A stretch of DNA of 27,216 nucleotides from Antechinus flavipes (taxonomy: Eukaryota): the NCBI RefSeq assembly GCF_016432865.1. It is one part of the record NC_067403.1 of this genome. One strand, written 5' to 3'. The notes under the pieces were generated by a model. That model did no database searches, was not told the origin of the DNA, and worked only from the letters and a program-made list of their open reading frames with translations. This document shows, in pieces, positions 19,474 through 27,216 of this stretch. Position 1 is the stretch's first letter. Each line of letters begins with the position of its first letter. A program made the position numbers and the translations under genes.

Positions 19474-20887
19474 CGACTCGGAAGCCTGGAGCCTTCGCCA
19501 GCAGCTCAGCTCCGAAGACGCCCACCTGGCGTATGTCCTGGGCACTGCGGCCGCGCCGGCTGCGTTCCCAGGCAGCCTCCTCTCCCCGGCCCAGTGTGCG
19601 AGCCCCGACCCGACCTTCCCCCCGGCCTTTGGGGGTCCCCGAAGCACCATCTTCCCCGCTGGCCCGGAACTGGCACCCATTCCCTCCGGAGAGCAGCTGT
19701 CGCAGCCCCCCAAGGAGATGGACTTCAATTACCTGGCCTTCCCCCCGCGCCCCGAGTCCACCTTCCAAGGGGACCTGTGCAAAGACTTTGTGTGCACCCC
19801 GCCGTACACGCCCCACCAGCCCGGGGGCTGCGCCTTCCTCTTCGGCCTCCAGGAGCCCTTCCAGCCCCACCTCCCCGCGCCTTCCGGCTCTGGCGCGGAG
19901 CAGCTGCCCCCCGGCGCCGGCATCTTCCCCGAGCAGCTGACCCCCAGCAGCGCCACGTTCCCCGAGCTGGCCGGCCCCGTTCCGGGCCAGCTGACGGACG
20001 CCCCGGCCCAGACCTACGAAGACCAGCTGCCTCCCTGCGGCCCGGCTTTCCCAGAGCAGTTGCTGCCCGGCGCCGCCACCTTCCAGGAGCAGCTGGCCAG
20101 CCCCGGCCAAGCCCAACTGACCCCGCCCAGCACGGCTTTCCCGGCTCACACGGCCAGCCCCGGCCGGACCTTCCCGGACCAGCCGAGCCCGACCCCCACC
20201 AAGCCCTACTTCCCCCAAGACGGCTGCAGTTTTCTCTATGAGAAGTTGCCTCCCAGCCCTAACAGTCCTGGTAATGGGGACTGCACTCTCCTGGCTCTGG
20301 CCCAGCTCCGGGGCCGCTCTCCGTGGACGTGCCCCTGGTGCCCGACGGCCTGCTCACCCCGGAGGCCTCCCCGGTCAAACAGAGTTTCTTCCATTACTCG
20401 GAAAAGGAGAGGAATGAGCTCGACCGCCTCATCCGGCAGATCAGCCAGCTGGCCCAGGGCCTGGACTGCCCCTTCCCGGCGGAGCCTGGGGCGGAGGGGC
20501 TCGAGCCCCTGGGCCAGGCTCTCTCCTTCCCGGGGGCTGGTCCCCCGCTGTTCGGCCTGGACCCCAAGTCCTGGAAGAGCCAGGACCTGGCTTTCTTGGA
20601 TGCCCCCGAGGCCCAGTTCCTGGAAGAGAAGTCCCCGGAAGACATCTTCATGGGCCTCTCCGCCCCGGCGCCCCAGGGGGACTGGGGCCCGGGGGGTCCT
20701 GAGACCTCGGGCCCAGGGGGGGCCCCGTCGCCCTGCACCGACCTGTCCCCGGAAGACCACAGCTTCCTGGAGGACCTGGCCGCCTACGAACCCGACTTTG
20801 AGACAGGTGTCTCAGCGTTCCCCTGTGATGGATGTACCGATGAGTTGTATCAACTCCAGAGTCAAGTTCAAGACAGCTTCCATGATG
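19474..20887 (+). CDS. NPAS4: NPAS4 exon 7 (transactivation region), with an apparent 1-nt deletion at ~20310-20315
   Basis: (S)[11 protein letters not shown]...LALAQLRG reads in one frame. [20 protein letters not shown]...QVQDSFHD reads in the -1 frame. Donor G|GTGAGC. Confidence 0.93.
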
Positions 20888-21186
20888 GTGAGCGGGAGCC
20901 GAGAGACCCCCGGGCCCTGGGAGCGGGAGGGGAGGGAAGATGGGGAAACCGAGGCTGGCGGCCCCGGCCCAAACGAACAGAACCCTCGGTGCGGGCCCTG
21001 GCGGCGGATCCTGGGTGGGGAGGGGTCTCCCGCCTTTCTCCGCCGGAGTTCTGGCTTGTCACTCGCGGGCAGCATGGGGGAGCCGGGCTCCACGAGTCCT
21101 TTTCAGCTTCTCGGGGCTCGCGGGGGCGGGAGGGGGCGGCCTGAGCCCGAGCTCTCTGACCCCGCGTCTCGTTTTCTCTTTCCCAG

Positions 21187-21215
21187 ATGGAAGTGGAGGG
21201 GAACCAACGTTCTGA
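21187..21215 (+). CDS. NPAS4: NPAS4 exon 8 coding part
   Basis: cccag|AT GGA AGT GGA GGG GAA CCA ACG TTC TGA encodes (D)GSGGEPTF*. Spliced CDS is 2387 nt, one short of 2388 (795 aa). Confidence 0.95.
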
Positions 21216-21928
21216 ATAAGTCTGTGACTTAACGTCGTCGAGTATGGCATATTGTCATCATGGAGTGGAGATGTTCTCCACCACCCCGGAACTTCCGTGC
21301 GCTCCTTGGGGGCTTGGAGGGGATGCGTCCGATCCCTCCCACCCTGAGGAGGGGAAGGGGGGAGGAGGGGTGGTGGGAAGAAGGGGAAGGGGATTTATTT
21401 TTAGAATCAAGAGACTTTGAGCAATCCTAGTTTCCATCTCAATCTGTATTCACTCGTAGTGAGTTTCCTTGAATGGGATTCCATACAGAGAATGGGGGAG
21501 TCACCGCTTCCCTTCCATGCTGCCCGAGGCCTGGGGGGACTTCTCCACCCCCGGGGCCGTCGGTCCCGGGCTTCCGTGGGGGAAAAGGCCGGCCCCGGGC
21601 TAGCCTGCGCCCCGTGGGGGCCCTTGACACTCACGTAGAATTGTCTACACTCCAGTAACAGGATTTCAATTCCTCTGCACTCGCCGCCAGCGCGGCTCTC
21701 CTGTGACTTTTGCGCCCTGCGCCTGGGGTGGGGGGCGTGAAGCGACTCTATCGTTTCTTTCCGATGCAGGAAGACAGATCTGCCGTCACGCCGTGTGTGA
21801 GTGCGTGTGCACGCGAGCATGCGTGTGTGTGTGCGCCCGAGCACGCCCGTGTGCGAGCGGGCAGGCGGGCCCCGGGCCCCCGTGCAGTGAATCTCGTGGT
21901 GCTGTGTCGACTTTGTAACCAACTTTAT

Positions 21929-21934
21929 AATAAA
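21929..21934 (+). terminator. NPAS4 polyadenylation signal
   Basis: AATAAA with downstream U/GU-rich tract (ccttttttgt...gtgttgtttg). Confidence 0.8.
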
Positions 21935-22018
21935 GTCCGGTTCGCCTTTTTTGTAGCCCTCGTGTTGTTTGCTGATGGAGAAGGGGGGGGGCCCAGGAGT
22001 CCTTCCCCAGGCTGGCGG

Positions 22019-22032
22019 GCACTAGGGGGCGG
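22019..22032 (+). promoter_or_regulatory. Candidate CTCF site between the convergent 3' ends
   Basis: GCACTAGGGGGCGG, one mismatch to the core. Confidence 0.55.
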
Positions 22033-23200
22033 GCAGCCGCGGACGAGAAGAGCTGAAGAGCCGGGGTCTGGCTCTCTTGCTCCCCTGACCTCGTGGCCCC
22101 GAAGCCCCCATCAGGGTCCCCAAATTCCCTCGGACACGTCCCCACCCTGAGTGAGGCTCGGCTGCCACCCGCCCCTGCGGGGGAAGGATTAGGACGCGCA
22201 GACGAGCTTTGGGGACCTTGGGGAGAGCTAAAGGTGCCCCAGCACTGGGCCCACAAGGGGCAAAGGGCCGGAGACGGACCCTCTCTCGGGACCTTCCAGC
22301 AGCCAAAGGCTGCTCAGCGCCCTCAGTCCAGGGGCCGAAGCCTGGGGACTTCCCCGTTCCAGAACACTCAGGATCTAAGGCCTCGGAGCAGGCGCCTTCA
22401 TTCCCTGAGCACCTGCTTGGGGGGGGGGGGATGGAGACTTTCCCAAACAGAGGCTACGACTCCAGGAGTCCGAGGCCTCCCTCTGGGCCCTACCCAGAAG
22501 CCTCCTCCCCGTGTCCAAGCCACCAAACGGGTGGAGAGGACCCGGGGCACCCCTGGAGACCACATCCTTTCTACCTCCTGGAAAGGGGAAGGATAGTCAC
22601 CAGGGGTGAGGGTGGGGGAGGCCACTCACCTTCCAGCTGGAGACAGCGCAGCTTGGCCCCGCCCCTGATCCTGGGGGGGAGGAAGAGAAGCCCCCAATTC
22701 ACAGCTGAGTCCCCTCAGTTCTAAACCCTTCTCAGAAGAAGCCCCCAGACTCTCCTATCCCCCCACGGCCCTCCAGCAGCTCCCAGATGCCAGGGTCCGG
22801 TGCTGGCAAAGCCAATGGGCATCTTAGGGGACCCCATCTGACCATCCACCTGCGCTCCGGGGGCTCCGGGGCCTCTGCGGCCCCTCCCTCAGCTCTGTCC
22901 GGCCACGTTCCTGGCACTGAAACACGAGGCCAGACCCCGCCGGGTCATCAGGGAGAAAGCATCGGAGAGATTTGAACCCAGGTCTCCCACCCAGGGCCAA
23001 TATTTTTTCTTTGTCCCTCAATGGGTCTTAGAGAAGAAGGCAAATGAGCCCTGGGGCCCAGCCAGAGGGGTGGGGAGCACAGCTGCCAGGGTCCCATCCC
23101 CCGGGGGATTTCCCGCGAGGGCCCTTTTCCCCACACCTTCGTCCCATCATCCCCTGAGCAGCAGACGGACAAGCAGAACAACGTGACAAACAATTTAATA

Positions 23201-23206
23201 TTTATT
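23201..23206 (-). terminator. MRPL11 polyadenylation signal
   Basis: Minus-strand AATAAA, directly followed by ATTAAA (23194-23199), about 120 nt after the stop. Confidence 0.8.
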
Positions 23207-23325
23207 GGGGTCTTCAGCCCTTTAAATTAGAGACGGACACGACACAGACAGGGCAGGGTCCGGGGCGCCCATTGGCCCCTCGGGTGCGGGCAGTCGCTGC
23301 CCGGGCGGAGCGGGGGAGGCCGGGC

Positions 23326-23434
23326 TCACTTCTTGGCCGCCTCCGCCTTGGCGGCTTCGGCGTCGGCGAGGGCCTGCGCGGCCAGGAACCGGGTCCGCTC
23401 CTCCTGGAAGGCCGCCAGCTGCTCGGCGCTGAGG
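23326..23434 (-). CDS. MRPL11: MRPL11 exon 5
   Basis: Encodes (D)LSAEQLAAFQEERTRFLAAQALADAEAAKAEAAKK*; 109 nt. Confidence 0.95.
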
Positions 23435-23586
23435 CTGCGGGGGGGAAGAGGAAGGTCAGGCCTCCGAGCCCGGCCCAGCCCCTGTCCCTGAAAGAACCGA
23501 GCCCCGGCCCGCTCACCCCGAGTCCTCCCAGGCTCCCTGCACAGTGCTCGCTCTCCCAGGATCCAGGGCCCCTCCCCCCCACTCAC

Positions 23587-23746
23587 TCCTTCACCACGCG
23601 GATGCCCAGCGAGCGGGCGCTCCCGAGGATGGAACGGACCACGGAGGACAGGGGGACGTCCTGCAGAGCGAAGGCCTTGTCCTGAGCCTTCACTCGGGCG
23701 ATCTCGTACACGTGCTTCAAGGAGATGAGCCCGGCCACCTCGTGCC
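23587..23746 (-). CDS. MRPL11: MRPL11 exon 4
   Basis: Encodes (G)[52 protein letters not shown]; 160 nt. Confidence 0.97.
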
Positions 23747-23826
23747 CTGGAAGGGAGGGAGCTGCCTCAGCCGCCGCCCCCAGGGGCCCGACCTCTCCCC
23801 CTCCCCAGATGCCTGCCCCCCCCCAC

Positions 23827-23920
23827 CTGTGCGCCTGGCCCCCTTTTCTATGCCGGCGGCCGCCTTCAGGAAGTAGGAGACGGTGGGCTGACTGATCTTG
23901 AGCTCGAAGGTGCGATCGGG
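23827..23920 (-). CDS. MRPL11: MRPL11 exon 3
   Basis: Encodes [31 protein letters not shown]; 94 nt. Confidence 0.97.
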
Positions 23921-24132
23921 CTGGAGAGAAGAGAAGGAGCCAGAGGGGGGTCACCCCCTGCTGGGGGGGGCAGGGACCCGGGGCCCAGGGGTGGGGGCAG
24001 GGACCCAGGGTGGGGAGGAAGCGGCCCCGGGAGGCCGGATTCCCCTCGGAGGGGAGGAGACACAGTCAGAGCCAGGGGCGGGGGGGAAAGGGCTGTACCA
24101 GAACACCCCTAAGCGGGCCCTGGGCCCCCCAC

Positions 24133-24228
24133 CTTCACGATGATCTTGGTGGGCAGGGGGATCCCCTCTTTGATGTCCTTGGTCTTCTCGTTGAACTCCT
24201 TGCAGAACTGGCTGATGGCCAGGCCTTG
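24133..24228 (-). CDS. MRPL11: MRPL11 exon 2
   Basis: Encodes [32 protein letters not shown]; 96 nt. Confidence 0.97.
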
Positions 24229-24800
24229 CTGCGGGAGAAGGGGCGTCTGAGTGGTCAGGGACCACTGACCCCCCTCTCACCCCAGGGCCCGGATAAGCCC
24301 CCCCCGGTCAGCAGACAGCCCCATCCCCAGCCATCCTGCCACAACTGCCAGGGCTTGGGGTCCACTGGCACCATGGGGTCATCCCCAATCCCCAAGGGAG
24401 TAGACGCCCCTTCCTATCAGCACAAGGAGGGGCTGGAAAACCCCACCTTGGGGTCCCTTCCAGCTCCAGACCTAGGAGCCTAAGGGGCTCACACAGAGCA
24501 GGAGACACCCTAGTGGCCGGGGGAGGTGGCGGCCTGGGAAGGACCTTATGCTGGAGTTCCCCTCTAAAGAGTTCTGCTTCTTTGGGGGCTTCAGTTTGCC
24601 GATCTGCAAAGTGGGCGCAATGCCCACCCCGGGTGCGTGACAATTTATCATGTCATTGTTGTTAAATGTCACGCCAGAGTGCCGCAAGTTATAGGTCGGA
24701 GGTGGTTCTCGAACTCGCGACCTCAGTCTCAGCTGGACCAGCGAGGGGAGGGGAGGGGAGGGAAGAGGAGTAAAGAGGGATTGCGAGAGTTCTTCCCCAG

Positions 24801-24912
24801 GGCGCACGCGTGGTGCCCTCCACAGGCAACACGCTCTCTCTGCGCTTGCGCAGCACCCCCTAACTCACATTAATTTCCCCCCCCACCCCGCATTCCCCGC
24901 TACGCATGCGCA
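24801..24912. promoter_or_regulatory. NRF1-like motif cluster in MRPL11 intron 1
   Basis: GGCGCACGCGTG at 24801, TGCGCTTGCGCA at 24841, TACGCATGCGCA at 24901. Confidence 0.6.
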
Positions 24913-24936
24913 CCCTAGCCTGACTCCCTCTCCTAC

Positions 24937-25059
24937 CTGACCCAAGATAGGTCCTAGAGGCGGCCCCGGCATCGCTTGGCCCGCGCGGACGATGGACCGG
25001 ATGACGCCGCTGCCCTCGAGCTTCCGAACGGAGCGCGTGGCCCGGCTGAGCTTCGACAT
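24937..25059 (-). CDS. MRPL11: MRPL11 exon 1 (mitochondrial ribosomal protein L11)
   Basis: Encodes [41 protein letters not shown]; donor CAG|GTAGGA. Total CDS is 582 nt, 193 aa, intact. Confidence 0.97.
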
Positions 25060-25632
25060 GGCGCGGGCTGTGGGGTGTGACCGAGTGCAGAAGAGGAAGG
25101 AAGAGCGGGAGTCTGGCCCCAAATCCGCCCGCTCTCACCGCTTTCACGAGCCGAACATGGGCGCCACCATATTGGGTTAAAGGTCACGGGTCCTCGCGGA
25201 GCTCTTTGGCTGCTTCCCTTTCAACCCAATCGGAAGAAAGGGATACTGAAAAGGGGAAGCAGACACATATCCGTGGAAGTCTAGGAGTTCCCGCCTCTTG
25301 TTCGCCATTCACAGACGAGGAAAGATTGCAAAAAAGTTCTCTTTTCCACAGGCTATAATGAAGGCAGCTGTGAGAGAGGGGCCTAATGTCTCGAAGAGCA
25401 TCTTGGAACATGTAGTTTCAAATCAAGCTCTTGTTTTTTGAGGCAGAAATTACGCCATGCTTTGGCGCCATCCTGTGGTGTCGAGGCAGCAGAACATATT
25501 TTTGCAGCTTTGAACTCCAATTCGGAGTCTGCGATTCTCCCCCCAAAAGTCACCACCTCCTAGATTGAAGCACCCTTAGCAAAAAATTATCTCCCTTGTA
25601 AAATGAGCTTAATTAGTGTTAACCCCAATCCA

Positions 25633-25760
25633 CGCAGTGGATGGAGCCCCGGTCCTGGAGTCAGGAGGACCTGAGTTCAAATCTGACCTCAGACACTTAA
25701 TACTTACAAGCTGTGTGACCCTGGGGAAGTCACTTAACCCCAGTTGTCTCCAAAAAAAAA
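25633..25760 (+). mobile_element. WSINE1-like SINE, slightly 5'-truncated
   Basis: cgcagtggatggagccccggtcctggagtcaggaggacctgagttcaaatc...cacttaaccccagttgtctcc plus poly(A). Confidence 0.85.
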
Positions 25761-26075
25761 GAATCATTATATATAAAGTACTTTACAAACCTTTAATAAT
25801 ATAAATGAATAAATAAATGACAATATAAGTAAATGAAATAAATAAATAAAAACAAGCATTTTATTTTACAAACTTTTAATAATATAAATAAATAAAATAA
25901 ACGATAATTAAATAAATGACATAAACAAATCACACAAATAAAAATAGAATCATTTATGTATTTTACAAACTTTTAATAATATAAATAAATAGAATAAATG
26001 ATAATTAAGTAAACGAAGTAAACAAATCATATAAATAAATAAAATTTAATATTATAAATAATATAAATAGAATTT
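25761..26075. repeat. AT-rich degenerate tandem repeat (~83-97 bp period, 3+ units)
   Basis: tttacaaac(c/t)tttaataatataaat begins at 25782, 25865 and 25962. Confidence 0.85.
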
Positions 26076-26454
26076 TCAGCTATTGCAATTCATAGAAACC
26101 TAGGAGGTAGAGCTGCAAGCTGATCTCAGAAATAACATTCATTTCCCGCTTCTGGGCCTTTGCACAAGCTGTTTCCTGTGCCTCTAATTCTCTTTCTTCT
26201 TTCCTCTGCCTCTTAGAATTCTGAGTTGGGCTCTACTGCCCCCCCCCATCTGACTTCTGGTTCCTTCCCTTCCAGGCCTCCACCTCAAAACTGCCTCCTT
26301 CCTCTGTATTTTGTTTGGGTTCTATGTGTGCATATCATATAGAGAGGAGAGGTTAAGGAAGATACTCATTCCCTTCTACTGGGTCCCAGTTATGTCTCCC
26401 CTTTTTTCTTTTTTCCCCCATCTTTTCTGCCCCTTTTCTCTAGAGAAGTAATTT

Positions 26455-26650
26455 GGGGCAACTCGGAGACACAGTGGATACTCCAATGAAATTAGGGAGA
26501 TCCAAATTCAAATTCAGCCGCAGACATTTACTCCCCGTGTCACTTGCCTGGCAAGTCATTTAGCCCCTGTTTGCCTCAGTTTCCCATCTGAAAAAATGGC
26601 TAGAAAACGACCTCTCCCTCCCAGGACTGTTATGAAATGCCACATGAAAA
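26455..26650 (+). mobile_element. MIR-like CORE-SINE
   Basis: ggcaagtcatttagcccctgtttgcctcagtttcccatctgaaaaaatgg. Confidence 0.7.
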
Positions 26651-26751
26651 TTAGTCATACCCTCTTATAACAATCATTTCTCTTTTAGGGACAACATAAT
26701 GGCCCTCACATTCCTGTGATGTTCTCTACAATTTTTATGCAGTTTATGTTT

Positions 26752-26880
26752 GTGTTTTTTTTTTCCCTGAGGCAATTAGGGTTAAGTGACTTGCACAGGG
26801 TCATACAGTCTCTGAGACTGGATTTGAACTCAGGATCTCCTGACCCCAGGGCTCTAGCCACTGCACCATCTAGCTGCCCC
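26752..26880 (-). mobile_element. WSINE1-like SINE with internal deletion
   Basis: Reverse strand ggggcagctagatggtgcagtggctagagccc...gagttcaaatcc...cacttaaccctaattgcctc plus poly(A). Confidence 0.85.
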
Positions 26881-26911
26881 TATGCATTTTTTAAAAATCT
26901 TGCAACAATTC

Positions 26912-27108
26912 CTTTTTTTAGCTTTTAATTTTCAAAAATAAATGCATATAGATAGTTTTCAACATTCACCCCTACAAAACCTTGTGTTCCAAAATTTTTC
27001 CCTCCTTTCCCCCCACCCTAGAAGCAAGCAATCCAGTATAGGTTTAACATGTGCAATTCTTCTAAATATATTTTCACATTTATCGTACTGCACAAGGAAA
27101 ATCAGATC
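26912..27108 (-). mobile_element. Marsupial LINE-1 3' end
   Basis: Reverse strand attgcacatgttaaacctatactggattgcttgc...gaatgttgaaaactatct...aaaattaaaagctaaaaaaa. Confidence 0.8.
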
Positions 27109-27216
27109 GGGGCAGCCAGGTGGTGCAGTGGCTAGAGCACCAGCCCTGAAGTCAGGAAGACTGGAGTTCAAATCTGGTCTCAGACACTTAACACTTCCTA
27201 GCTGTGTGACTGGGCA
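27109..27216 (+). mobile_element. WSINE1-like SINE (cut by the window edge), abutting or inserted in the L1
   Basis: ggggcagccaggtggtgcagtggctagagcacc (A box)...ggagttcaaatc (B box). Confidence 0.85.

Noticed and set aside
20275-20330. Programmed -1 ribosomal frameshifting as the explanation for the frame break
   Set aside because: No X XXY YYZ slippery heptamer (C CGG GGC re-pairs poorly), and orthologs are recalled as in-frame.
20310-20330. Micro-intron or alternative splice that repairs the frame
   Set aside because: The conserved peptide is contiguous on both sides, leaving no room for a GT-AG intron.
19294-20760. Long alternative-frame and antisense ORFs (315, 203, 261, 174 aa) over exon 7
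   Set aside because: Shadows of high-GC3 coding sequence with no independent homology.
1991-26075. CRISPR-like or prokaryotic repeat arrays
   Set aside because: All repeats are head-to-tail without unique spacers; no cas genes; the context is mammalian and intron-containing.
27109-27216. tRNA gene (A and B boxes)
   Set aside because: SINE head followed by CORE sequence; no cloverleaf. The same applies to the other SINE copies.

Overview
Eukaryotic (marsupial) genomic DNA. The short WSINE1-type SINEs, MAR1 SINEs with a BovB-like tail and marsupial-type L1 3' ends suggest an Australian marsupial. The window holds the complete NPAS4 gene (neuronal activity-induced bHLH-PAS factor; + strand, 8 coding exons, 16437-21215). 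It also holds the complete MRPL11 gene (mitochondrial ribosomal protein uL11m; - strand, 5 coding exons, 25059-23326). The two genes are tail-to-tail, as at human 11q13. All GT-AG junctions and exon phases fit, with one exception: NPAS4 exon 7 lacks one base at about 20310-20315. This frameshift replaces the acidic C-terminal 200 residues with a basic Arg/Pro/Ser-rich tail that ends 4 nt after the normal stop. A consensus or homopolymer error is the most likely cause, and reads are needed to decide. The 14 kb upstream is mostly old SINE/LINE debris but contains motif-dense islands. These are a MEF2/AP-1 enhancer about 3.1 kb upstream of the TATA box, four RE1/REST sites, three CArG boxes, two RFX X-boxes, and an orphan CpG island with CRE, CArG and a splice donor. 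No prokaryotic systems, CRISPR arrays or true RNA genes were found. Repeat families, motifs and human/mouse comparisons are by eye and from memory; no database searches were run.
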